The notes under the pieces are model-generated. The model did not search any database. It was not told where the DNA came from and worked only from the letters and a program-made list of their open reading frames with translations. From Cystobasidiomycetes sp. EMM_F5 (taxonomy: Eukaryota), in assembly GCA_051047955.1 (NCBI GenBank), contig JBPGPT010000045.1, forward strand, positions 1-64,000: a DNA stretch of 64,000 nt, written 5' to 3'. A program made the translations under genes and the position numbers. Positions 12,039 through 24,378 of the stretch are shown here, one piece after another. Numbering within the stretch: the stretch's first letter is position 1; each line of letters starts with the position of its first letter.

Positions 12039-12121
12039 TCAGATGCAGCAACCCCGCGAGGAATAAACCTGATGTAGCCGTTGACTGTCTACCTGTACTG
12101 CAGCAATGGCCAGTGCGATAA

Positions 12122-14800
12122 CTAAGATAAGCTTGTAGCGGCTGCGGTAAGGTCTGACGGATCCGCTGGTAGGGATTTCTTCTTGAATGCGAGGGGCTGG
12201 ATAGTTTCGTAATGATTGGCTTCGTCTGGCGCGACATCCTCGTTGTGCGTGTGATCGTCCACAATAATATCTCGAGGCGGTAAAGGCGGTGGCGGTCGAT
12301 AAGAGAGCGCGTCTGAGAGCAGAAACGCAAAGTCTAGTCCCACATCCTTGAGCTATGATGTCGGAATGCTGTTAGCCGATCACAGAGAGCACGCTGGCAC
12401 AAGGGTACATACCATTTGTGCTTGAGCCGTCGCAGTCTCGCGGCACGCGCCAACGGTATACTGGTCTCTTGAAGCCGAGCTATAGACGTGTCGTCTGAAG
12501 ACTTCAGCAAACAAATCGACCTGCGTGCTTGCCCAGCGGACAAAGGCTGAACGTGACCCATGTTAGCGTGTGTTTCGGAATCCATGGCCAGAGCAAACTC
12601 ACAGGAAGCTGTTTGATGATCCTTGTAGGCAGCCATGTACCATTCGCATGTATTTCGAATAAGCGTAAAGCAGACGAAAGACAGCTGTGCTACTTCTTCG
12701 ACCAATGCCTGTGCTGCAGCAGCCTCGTTGCCAGCGGCATACCCGGCATTTTGGCTCGTAAAGCTGATTTCGCCTGTCCTCTGCTTCAGCAGCTCGCCAC
12801 GGCCTGCAAGGAATGTCTCTCTTGCTCTCTCTCCCTGACCTAGCCTCATAAGCCATCCGGACGTTCGGACGACTCCAGTCTTGCGTATGCTCGTGTCCGA
12901 AAGCGTGGCGAGCAAGACTGTGCTCACTTCATTCGACCGTTGCTCGACTTTACTTCTTAACAGCTGTTCTGCTAACGGATTTGCACTTATGATTGTGAAG
13001 ATAGATTTGGCTTTCTCGATGAGTGCGATAGCATCCTCGAATTCATGAAGGGCAATGTGCATTGTCAACTTGTCCGATACGTCGTCTATCCAGCCGAGAT
13101 CCTTGCCTGACGGATAGTCTGATCCCAGAAAGGGAAATACAGTCGCTGGACGGAAAGACGCAAGCGGCGCGCCCTGCGATGCCTCGACCATACTCGCCCG
13201 TTTTGGATTGCCGCTGTGAGCAGTCTTGGGTGATGAATACAGTCAATATAGGTCCCGAAGCGGCGTTGAAAGCTAATTATTCCTACCTCGCGACGGTGTT
13301 CGGCTTCCCATACAGACTGCTTTCGACGTTTCTGCATAGTATCCTCTAAAATCTTCTTAAACGCTGTAAGGAGCCCCTTCTTATCTTCCGCCTTCTCGTT
13401 TCTGAAGATGTGAACTTCACGATCCCGCTTAATCCTGATTGCGTTTGTCAGGTCTGCGAGCGTTGTAGTTCAGTGACTGCTGCATGACGACGGGGATCGG
13501 GTGACCTTACCACCTGCATCACGAAGGTCCGTGACTGCAATCTCGTTCAGTGTAAAGCACTTGTCTGCTACAATCCTCGTTGCTCCGCCCGCTTGCCTAC
13601 GCTTCTCTACCGCAACCAGTAGAGCGTCGTTGAGAAGGATGAGAATGACTGCTTGTCGAGGCCTGTACGTCGCGCTATTCAGTTCAATCCAGCCAGAATG
13701 TCGTCCGAGAACGTGTCGCCCATGCGCAGCTGGCAGGAACCGCTGTGCACCTTCTACAGCTTCCCACAGCGCTTCCAGCTGTGTGCGATACAGAGCTTGT
13801 AGATCAGCCAGCGAATTCCGTCTGTTTGGCTTTGATCCTCCAAATCCGGTATTGTTGACTGGCGAAGCTGCGTCAAAACTCTGTTCTACTTCTAGACCTT
13901 CTGGCACAGTCTTCCATTCTTCTAGTACTACTTTAAGTTCGAGCATCTCGTTTTCTAGGGCAGATACCTCTTTCGATACTTTGATGAGCTCGGCATAGTT
14001 GGAGATGACGTTGGTCTGTAGTGTGGCTTGTGATCCGTCGAGAAGACCGGTCAACGTCATCTTTAGCTTGCGCAGTTCTTCGAGCTGCAGTGCCGGATTG
14101 GACAATGCGTTTGCACTCATGTGTGCTTTCAGGACTGGCGTATGTTTCAGAAAAATTTGATTTCAAGAATGGAGTCGTATAGGTACTTACAATGATCCGT
14201 GACAAACTCCTCCTTGAGCAGATCATTCAGACTGGAGCCGTTCGGACCGCGGCCAGCGGTTGCGATGAGCTCTTCTCCGGCCGTGAGAGGCTTTCCTGTC
14301 GAACCGTGCATTGCTGGTGGTCTCCCCTGCTGCTGCTGCTGCTGTTGCACATGACCATCAAAGCCCTGCTGTCTACCGGGTATCCCATCCGGCATGCGGG
14401 GCATCGGCTCTGCCCTCACTCCAGCTCTGACTGCGGCTGCGTGAGACTTGCCAAAGCTTATGGATTGACGCTTGTTTAGCAGTAATGCCCCGACTTTACT
14501 GCTTTCGCCTGGTACAGCTCCGGGTCCACCTGCGATGCCTGGAGTGTTGCTTCCACCGCGACTCCCTCTCGACCGACCGTCACTATCTGTGCTCTTTGCG
14601 TTTCGCAGCGGAGGCCTGCTTGATCCAGTGTTTGTACCATTTGCGGGACCCATGTCAGTCTGGCCCGGGAAGTATGGCGTCAGATGGTTTGTCGGCATCA
14701 GCGGAACGGGCTCTGCGGGCGGTCCATTCTCGTACACTGCACTTGGACGCCGTGTTCGCAACGAGGCTGACGGCCTTCTGTGATCCAGGCTGCCCGACAT
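12122..14800 (-). CDS. EXO84: Exocyst complex component Exo84, multi-exon
   Basis: N-terminal SLRTRR motif; Vps51-like coiled coil (LQTNVISNYAELIKVSKEVSALENEM); PH domain (WIELNSATYRPRQAVILILLNDALLVA); Exo84 C-terminal region (WLMRLGQGERARETFL; LKDVGLDFAFLL). Confidence 0.93.
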
Positions 14801-15797
14801 TACTGCCGCAGCGTGGTCAGTGGTCGGACTTGTTGCTCGCTTGCAGGGCTTCGACTAGCATCAGCTGCCTGCTTGTCAGTATGCAGGGTAGGCTATTGGC
14901 AGTGCAGCAGCGGCAGCGTGATGGGACTTTGTAATGTTCAGGATTTGTATTGATTTGATGGAAGCTGCGATTCCTCCAAGTTCATGCGACATGGCTTTGC
15001 GACAATGCCAATAAAGTCTGAAAGGCAGCAGTCAATACATCAACATGCTGCACTTTACAAGGACGAGCTCATGACTAACAATTCAGTACTCGAGCAGCTC
15101 GTTTTGAGCGTAGACGGAGAGCAATGAATCAGCTCAGACGGGCTTTAAAAGCTAATGGCAGCGCATAGCCCTGCAGCACTACTTATTACACGTTATGCCG
15201 CCCGAAGAACGTTCTGCGGATTACGTTCTGCGGACTAATATTCTCAGATGATACTGAATCTCTCCTAAAGCACCACGATTGGCCAGGCCGCAGTGCTTGA
15301 GTAGCAAAGTGCCATCGGGCAAACGTCATCGGAGGTGCCATACAGATGCGCTTCTGCAGATACCGAAAGCTAACTGTCCATATAAAGGCCTCACCGGCTT
15401 CATAGGATGTAGGCCAAGTGATGGCCGGATCGACATTCAGGCACACCCAGGTCACCACAAGATTTGCTGGTCGTTTACGCCAAGTACCTCCTCTTAACGC
15501 TTGCTTACGGCTGTGTAAGTCTGTTGGTGCGCTCAGAAGCCACTAACAAGCCGTCCGCAGCTCACCTCGGCGGCTTGTTGATTTCGACGATGGTCAGTAT
15601 TTTAGCGCTACTCGTCATCCTGGGCTTGTGACCATCTCTTGACGCCTTCCTAAGCCTCTCGAACTCGCTTGAAAATCCGTTGCAAATACCACCTACTCCT
15701 CTTCTGTCCTGCTCCTTCAAGCAGTCAGGCCTCCAAGCGCAATACTCTTTCTTACACCCCTTCCGCTACCCAAATTAGCACCTCAGCATCTTTCGAT

Positions 15798-17154
15798 ATG
15801 CGCTTCATTAATACGGCAGTCGTTCTATCTCTGATTTCGGTCGCCAACGCTGCAGTCTTTCCTCGGAATGACGACGGCAGCAAAGAGGATCACAAAATCC
15901 AATACAAGACTGTGACAAAGCATGAAGAGAAGCCAACTACCATTTAGTGAGTCCAGCACGAGTCAATGTGACGATAGGCAGGGGGCACTCGCGCTCTGGA
16001 CTAGATGAAGTATTGCTGAGGTTGTCCTGCTTTGCTCCCACAGCAAGGATAATTATTACACAAAGACGGATGTCAAGACAGTCTACAAGACGTGAGTATC
16101 ACCATATCTCGCTCGATTCTCCATGCTCAATCACCACCTTCTCCGCATACTTGCTTTATCCTTTCGCGTGATCCCTTCATTCTATCCTGGTCACCTCCCT
16201 ACTCTCGACTTCTTCCTGGACATTCGTCTTCGCCTTTCGCGTCTTCCCTGCCCCTTTTTGTTGCGTTTTCGACCTACCGCGCACCCTGATCATCTTGATG
16301 AACCGTTATTCCCGCGGTTTGTCTACTCAGCGAGTACAAGGTCTCCACCGAACCCGCAAAGACAGTCTATCTGACCAAGGTGGAACAGAAGCCGACTACC
16401 GAATAGTAAGTAGAATTTGTTTCCGATCCCTTCCTTGTTTTCTGACTACGACCCCCTTTCGATGTAACGCGTTGACAGCAAAACAGAGGTCAAGCCAACT
16501 ACTCTGATCAGTAAAGTGACAGAGAAGTATACAGAGGTGTAAGCCCCATTCCTCCTTGATGAGAAGGAAAATTGATTGCATGATTGCGGACTGGTAGTAA
16601 ACCGACTACCTTGTACAAAACGGAGTATAAAACGGATTACAAAACGGACATGTGAGTTTTCTCTTGATTGATTTCCAACATCCTCAAAGCTGAACACTCT
16701 GCTTTATTGCACGCAAATTCCTGAACGCTCGAATCTTTCCAAAAATATCGTTTGACCCCCACATCCTACATTGCAGTAAGATCCAACCAACTACCAAGAC
16801 CGAAACGTGAGAATATCTTGCTAAAGTCGCGGGGACGAGCAACCTGACCGACTTGGTTTCATTCTCCAAACTGCAGCAAGGTAGTCACATCGACCGAGGT
16901 TCCCAAATCCACCGTATCCGTATTTACGCAGACCCACGTAACGTGCAAGACAGATTACAAGACTTACAGCGTCACTGTCCTGGTCCCTACTTCGTAAGTC
17001 AGCCTCTCCACATGGGTGCGTCCGGCGCGTGGCTGACGTGCCCCTCGCTAGGTCCAGTACTTTAAAGAGCTCTTATGCTACTAGCTCTTCCAAGGCGCAG
17101 CCGGAGTACTATTCGAAGGCCACTGTCACCTCTTCTGCTTATAAGCACTATTGA
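15798..17154 (+). CDS. Secreted K/T/Y/V/E-rich repeat protein, 211 aa, 8 exons, all introns phase 2
   Basis: Exons 15798-15946, 16044-16091, 16331-16405, 16479-16538, 16598-16651, 16777-16806, 16877-16993, 17052-17154. All introns are GTRAG...YAG and the joined ORF is open (636 nt). Signal peptide MRFINTAVVLSLISVANA, then YKT x7 and KPTT x4 motifs. Confidence 0.88.
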
Positions 17155-18075
17155 ATAACGGAATTATACCAAACCCAGCGCTCACAGAGGCGCTGATGGG
17201 ACAAAGTCTAGCATCCAGAGCTACATCAATAAACAAACAAAGAAGAGGATATCAAATTCACAATAATTTCGCAGTATCCATCAGTAGAATAAGTACAAAT
17301 GAAAATGGACATTTACTGCGTAGAATCGAAACGCACTGTGAGATGTAGCTTTTAGCACCGTTCAGCGGCTTCCACCTTAGCAAAGCTGGCTTACACAGCT
17401 TACGGTGTTTGCTGTCCACTCGAGCATAGGCCAGCGATACCTCTTTGATCCACTCGACCACGACGTCCGGACGGACCGCACTGCACGGTCACTATGATAA
17501 GGGTACTAAAATGTATATTGCGATGTGCTCGGCCGCATCTGCGTTAGTGCACCTCGAATGGCCACGGCTTTTCCTTAAGCTTGCTCGAGTTGCTCCTCGT
17601 CAGCGGAACCGAAGCGACTTGAGCGCTCGACGAAGCCATTCAAGCCGACCTTCTCCCAGCCAGGCAGTCTACTGACACGGCTCCAGTGCGCCATCGTTAT
17701 TGACAGACATGCCTAAACAGGCTCGAAACCGGCCTCGCCACATGTTCCTGTCAGGGTTGTCCACTTCTGGCGTTCTGTCAGCCTGAGCTCGGCTGCGCAC
17801 GCGGCTGATGTTTATCTGTCCTAGCCTGCTACTGCTAATCAGCACTGAATCCGTCAGCTGAAGCTGGAAATAACAGGCCTGGAAAGCTTCGCCGGACAAG
17901 GTACCCATGCTTTGACGGATATATTCTCTGAGAAACAACCATCTCCGACACGGATTTGTTGACTGGAGTTGTGACTTTAGAGACTCAGTTTTCACTTCTC
18001 CTCTCCTCCCGCAGAAGTACTTGACTTGCTTGACTATACACCGTTCAATCACAGATTCCGACCACTTAAACCACT

Positions 18076-19423
18076 ATGCGCCCGCCAATCATCAACGGGT
18101 CTATCGTGCCCTTCAATACTGTCGAGACAACAACGTGAGTATATCGGCCGTTCCTGTCACTGCAGCTAATCTAACGCGTTGCACTATAGATACCGTGATG
18201 TCGACACGGGCATCACCACCATGTTTGTGATGCTGGTCATCACCATCTTTGGCGGATTGGTAACATTACTGTCGACTCGGAAATGGGTTGGTATCTGCTA
18301 CCTACCATGTAGCAAGGCGAGCACGTTGAGCTGATACACCCCCTTTCAATCGATGTGACAGTGGCTGTTTGCAAATATGTGGTCGTATGCTCGCATTGTA
18401 ACACTGTGGTTCTGGTCAATCGCATTCTTCGCTACTACAACCTTCATCTATGGAAAAGTGAATCGATTCGTCATGGCGGCTGCTGTGAGTACGAAAGTGA
18501 CGCAAACAGCCTGCAGAGATAGCTTACAAACTTGAACTCAAAGACCCTGCACCTTCAAGTTGAGATCCTGTTGTGCTGTCTGTTGCTTGGCTTCTCAGCG
18601 GGAAGAGCTATGACAATCAGCTTTTTGTTTGGCATGTAGGTGGTACCCAATTCGATTCTTTGATACTTTACTGACATGCGGTCAATCGACAGCATCACCT
18701 ACGCGTGCGACATTGGATTGAATGATATTCGAAATACTTTTATAATTGACTCGTTCATCGGCTACGGCATCGACCTCTACCATGTCATTCTCCTGGCGTA
18801 CGGCAGACGATGGCTGTTTGCGTTGGGCGCGGCGGCTCATGCGGCAGCAGCAGCTCTGTAAGATATGACGGACCTTATGCTATAGTTCACAGTGCACTAA
18901 TATTCGTGTTTGAACAAATAGCACTTTCTTCAATTTTGTCGTTTATCCTGGACCTATTGCGGACAGTCTTTCTGGCTTCTTAACGGCTGCGTTCGTTCGA
19001 TACACTGCCAGGCGGAGCATGAGAAAATTGCTGACCTTGAAATTCGTGTTTAGGTTTACGGTCCTGTTTACAACTGCAGGGGTCATGTACGATCGGGAAG
19101 ACCGCAAGCCCGACTCGATCTCACAGGACAGCTTCATCACGCTCTTGTACAACCCGCCATCCAAGTCATCGACCCACCGACCTGATGACGTCGAATCAAA
19201 ATCGATACACGAGGGTGACGCGACATCCGCAGTGCAGGAAGAACGCAGTCTGGGATATCTTCGCAACCCGATGTCTCATACTCGTATTTCCACCCTGATG
19301 GGCTTTGCATTGTGGTTCCTGGCTCTTGGCCTGTCTGCAGCCATCAGCTTCCCGCTCAATTACAGCCTATCGGGCGCTGCACCTCAGGGGAGCTCTGTCA
19401 GCCAAGACGCTCCACTCTACTAG
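18076..19423 (+). CDS. Uncharacterised polytopic (about 7-8 TM) membrane protein, about 7 exons
   Basis: Hand-spliced ORF MRPPIINGSIVPFN...TMFVMLVITIFGGLVTLL...IVTLWFWSIAFFATTTFIYG...TLHLQVEILLCCLLLGF...FIGYGIDLYHVILLAYGRRWLFALGAAAHAAA...LMGFALWFLALGLSAAISFPL with canonical introns. Confidence 0.75.
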
Positions 19424-19492
19424 ACGTCAAGAGGCTGGCTCAACGGGCTCAGATACACCAGCAATTGCACTAGAGCTTGCTACACATGTTGT

Positions 19493-20183
19493 TCACTGCT
19501 GCAGGGGGGTGACGTGACTGTATAAGTGAATATCCCACGTTGGCTTGGCCTTGTCGAGCGCTTTGACGAAATACTCCTGCTTTGCACTTTGCCAATGTTC
19601 GTCGGCGCTACTCCAAGGCACGATGAACATGAATTGCGACTTTGCGCTCTCATCTATGGCCGTGCCGTTTGCATATGCTCTGCCCTCTCTATGCCAACCA
19701 TCAACTATAGGTTGGCAGTTTGCGAAATTCTGTTCGTGCGATGTGCCGTCTTTGAGACTTGCTTGAAGGATCTCGAGAACTGGATTGCTGGATGAGAGGA
19801 GTGTGGAAGGGTATGTATTGAGGTTAAAATGCACGAGCGAGTCAATCTGCGTCATAGACAACAGATCTTGCTTGAATTGCGGATAGACTGAGGATTTCTC
19901 GAAACCTTGCGTATGATCTTCCACTTTGTTCCATTCTGCCGATGTAGTCCGAGTTCAGCTCGTATGTATGGCAGGGACAGTTGAATGTCTTAGACTGCTC
20001 ACCAACCAGCCATACAAGCTTCCTGTCATCCTCTTGCGTCACGCCCCACGTTACTTGACGGCACCCCTCTGCTGCTCTGACAGTATCGAGGCAGGATTGG
20101 TGCAGCTTGTTGCTTGACAACTCCTTGGTGGTCGATGCTTTGTTCAGGGTGAGGATGACGACTTCGACTACCGACTTCGTCAT
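19493..20183 (-). CDS. Dimeric alpha-beta barrel protein (ABM/monooxygenase-like, two repeats), 2 exons
   Basis: GCRQVTWGVTQEDDRKLVWLV-EWNKVEDHTQGF and a second repeat FMFIVPWSSADEHWQ; the W-x-x-x-E/D-x-H pattern is typical of this fungal family. Confidence 0.8.
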
Positions 20184-21147
20184 ACTTGGGAACTTGAATG
20201 TCTCGGAAACGTGTAGTGTCGGAGGGAGGAATCTGTGGTTGGAAGACCTTGAACTGGATTAGTGCAGCTATTAGGGTTGGAGAGCGAGTCAGATAACAGG
20301 TAAAAGCCATCTCTGCTGGCTTGCAGAACTAATATCGCGCGGCTGCACCATCAGCTGTAAACTCCGATGGCAGTACTCTGCAAACTCCGACAGTGCTCGA
20401 GGTTGTCTTTGAAGCACCTCTTCAAGCGAGAATCAAATGCCCAGACACGGACCATGAATGTCAGCCTGAAGTCAGTTTTGAAGACCCATTCGACCAAGAA
20501 ACGAAGCCTGCCGGCATCGTTGCGGGATCCAGCAGAGACAGCGATATCGGAGGGATGAGGCGCCTGCGTGAGAAGCTGCTGACGTGAAGGCTTACGGTAG
20601 CTGCATCCACACGCCCCGCTGCGGGCTGAGGCGTCTGCCCTCCTGGCCGTTCTCGACCGCTTTTTTCTCACACTGTCAGGCAACAGCGACCGTTTGAGCA
20701 TTTCAATTGCGGAAAGCAAGTGCATCTCCGATATTCAACCGTGGTCTGGATGGGAACGCTGTCTGATGTGCGGCACTGTGTCTGTTAGTCTGGGAATGTC
20801 TGATGCCGCCGCCTCTTAGCCTGCGATGTCGAGGGAGGGGTGCAGAGACGCCTCTTTGATAAAAGTCCAGACGTTCATATTGTACATACTTCAAACTAAC
20901 TGCAGCTGCTGACTTGTGACTTCACTGACTCTTGCACTTCGGAAAGCTTGTCTTCGAATTCTCACATCCAGACTGCACCCGAGACATCCCCTTACCGTTC
21001 CTGGGCTGTCGTGGAGCAACTGGGCACTTCACAACGAAATTTTTGGTCGCAACGTTGACATTCATCGAAGTATGTGTTACCTCATCCTTCCCTATGTCAT
21101 TTACGGACCCCAGCTGATTGCATGTTCACTTGGAAGGCGATTGAGCT

Positions 21148-24100
21148 ATGACCTCGTCGACATCTTTAAACCGCCACAGCGGAGTTCCTCAGTGCCGCTT
21201 CTGGGGCAAACGCAAGGCATCAGTGTCAGTCGCAAGCTACGCAGAGAGCTGTCGAGCAGTGTCCCCAGCGACGCAGAAGACTGCAGAGGCTGCGGACCTA
21301 TCTCGGCCATTGATGCAGACATCGATATCCGGAAAGCCTGCGAGAGACGTATACTCTGTACAGAGCAGACGCAAAGGGTCATACGATGCTTTCGGGACAA
21401 TACAGGGTCTCAATGCACAGGCTGCGAACCACAATACTTCATATTGCTTGGCACCTCCTCCTCCACTGAAGGAAGTGAGCAAACAGTCAAAGCCGTTGAT
21501 TCTTCTTTTCCTGACGCCAGTCTGCTAGTCTGATCCCGGCAGGAGAAGTACAAGTCCATCACCATCGACGCTGAGCGCTGCGACGTCGACCTCCTTTCTG
21601 CGCTCTCGCGCCGGGTCTACAGTCATGAAAGCGCCTCCTCTTCCCCTGAACGTAAGTCATTGACTCGAGCAGGTTTTTTTTCGGCACGTCTGAATCTCCC
21701 GTCGCTCTCACAGCTCTCAAATCCGCGGAAAGGAAGTTTGCCCCTCCCGAGCTTAGCGGAGTCGCATGCCGAGAAGAGCAATCTCTCTCCTCCAACTGTC
21801 CTCGGTAGACATGCTCGCAGCTCGTCTCTGCCAGAGAAGCCTCAGCCTCCCATTCCCACCCCTCAAGCGCCACCAGCCGTCCGATCTACTTCGGCGCAAC
21901 CCCACACGCTCTCCAACCATCCATTACAGGTACCTCACAACACACCTCAACGGAAGAGAGTCCTCGAGGCTCACACTTTTGTGAAAGCGTCACCTTCTAC
22001 TCACGAGGAGACGGTTTCTGTCGTAGCGACAGCTGTGATTACGCCACAGCAAGCTGTAGTCGCCCCGCTGCCAATCGTCCCTCCCTCGCCTATGTACAGC
22101 GAGTATTCAAACGCATGTGCCTCTTCCATCTTATCGTACAATCAATCCCGCTATGCTGAAAGTCTCGCAGTGCATCGTAACATTCCGTCGCGAGCGGCCG
22201 CGATTGTCTTCGAAGAGCCATCGATCACTATCAAGCGAGCCTCCGAGACTTCTGAAAGCGATACAAAGCGTCGGTCTGACGCAGTCAGCGTTCCGCACGA
22301 TGTATTGCCATCTCCAGCCATGCCACAGTCGGCCACTCAGCATTTCCTAGACCCGCCTGTACAAGCATATACCCCACGCGCAGCCAACAGTGCGACAAGC
22401 TCGAGGTCTTTCGATATTGGATCCGTTCCATTTTCCATAGGCAATGTCCCACCTGTACCTCTCGCCAAAGAAGTACATAATATGCCTATCACGCCTACGG
22501 ACTCGTGGGAGAAGCACCGGTCTGTCACAACTTCTACATCAAAAGGTGGTTTTGACTATGCAAGTCAAACAAGATCACGAAAAGACAGTCTGTCGAGCAG
22601 CAATCACCGTCGTGATTCGCGTTCCAGTATCCGGTCGTTTCGGCGTCGTAGATCGACCATGCACTCCATACTGGCTGCATACACTTCATCATGTGACAGT
22701 CATTCGCGGACAAGCTCGCGAAGGCCGTCAGCAGTGGTTATCGACCAGTTGTTATCGCCGAGTACTGCATCCCGTCCCTTTCCCTGGAAACCTGTCAAGG
22801 TCAGCGAAGCGAAGAAGCAAATCTCTGCTAAACAGCTACAGCAGATTGTCTTGCAGTCAATGAGGGAGTACGCTAGCTGTCAAGATCAGGCTCTGGTTCT
22901 GGAAGGCTTCGAGGATATACCCCTCGAACTGGAGCAGTGCACTCAACGTCTGCAGGACTTGCGCGCTGCTTACGATGGCCAGACCGCACAGCGCGCAACA
23001 CTTCTCGCGAGGCATGTGGCGTGCTTGCGAGTGCTTAACGGAGATCAGGGTGCGCGATTTGCAGAAACATTGGCGTATGCTGTTACGCGAGGAGACAGAC
23101 TGGCGCAAGAGATAGTGTCATGTCAAGAACATACGCGACGCGTGGAAGCAGTGCGAGAGTCACACTGGCGAGCTGTACGTCTTGTTAGCGAAGTGAGGTT
23201 TATGCGTGGCTGAAACACAGCCTTGCAGACTGCTGCACTTTCGCTGTCGAGGCTCAATACGAGCTATCTAAAAGCTAAAGAGGATGTCTTGCGCCTGCAG
23301 AAGGAGTTACAAGAAACGCGAGCTGATCGTGATATGGTTGTACGACAACTGCAGTCTATCAAGGAAGCAGCCAAATCAGCTAGAGGATCTACCTTGACGC
23401 TGCCAGTGTCTACTGCCGGTCCTTCGCCTTTGTCGAGCATGTTTGATGTGGCATCATTCCCTGCTCCTCCGCCTCCTCGTGCGGATCACTACGACGGGGC
23501 TCGAACAGACTATCGATTCCCACTGATGTCCGACAACCCTAATGCAAACCTCGAGAAACAGCATGTTACTCGGAACTTCACATCGTTGCCTACACCACCC
23601 CTTAGCGAAGCTCGACCAGAATCTCGCAGCGCGTCACCTGCATCAACGCAGTCATCGCTTTTCAGATCTTTCATTGACAAGGCTTTCAGCACCTCGGCTC
23701 AGACTCGTGCAAGCCTGACGCCTCCACCGGACTCGGCAGACACAGCACGATTCCGCGATCGCTCGCTAAGCGAACCTGGACCTTCAGTATTGCTCGATCC
23801 AAGGGTCGACTTGTACTCTCCTGATGTGGAAACGCTTAGCTTCTTGCCCCGTTAGCCACACTCTTTTCGAAATAGCGGATCAGGTTGCTGACTTTTATTC
23901 TGCTTTTCAGCTTCTATGCATTTACTCGGAGCAATGGACGACCAGGCGGCTTCAGCTCGTGTATCCAATGAAGTTTCTGAACGCGTTTCCGTTGATGACG
24001 ACGCCGATAGATATCAATCCATTACTCGCGCATCTTCGGTTGTGGACGAGCTGATGGAGCGCTCCCATTCAGCGACGCAAAGGGCGTCACGCGTCAATGT

Positions 24101-24182
24101 TGCCTTGGATACTAAACGGCGATCTTCATCCAGTCATCTGGTGCAGTTGCGAGACTTCGGGCGTGCCTCCAGCGTTGTCTAA
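21148..24182 (+). CDS. Large Ser/Pro-rich hypothetical protein with a central coiled coil (possibly Uds1-like), about 5 exons
   Basis: ORFs 21148-, 21660-23213, 23223-23855 and 23916-24182 join through GT-AG introns (e.g. 21652-21713). Coiled-coil segment LEQCTQRLQDL...ESHWRA-TAALSLSRLNTSYLKAKEDVLRLQKEL. Start codon uncertain. Confidence 0.65.
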
Positions 24183-24378
24183 ATGGGTACTCCATGACGC
24201 GGTCTCGGAATGGACACTTGCGGGGATCGTGGTATTAGGCTTGTTTATATATGATAATAAGCTTGTTTAAACACGGTTGTATTAGTAAAGAAGTGCCATG
24301 CTATGGCTGTTGTATTGGCGGTCTCCAGCTGGCAACTTGACTGGCTCGAGACCTTGCACTGTCTTCCTGACCACGACG

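Noticed and set aside
20916..21533. 205-aa ORF with a non-ATG start
   Set aside because: It overlaps the likely first exon of the 21148 gene in another frame and has no recognisable features.
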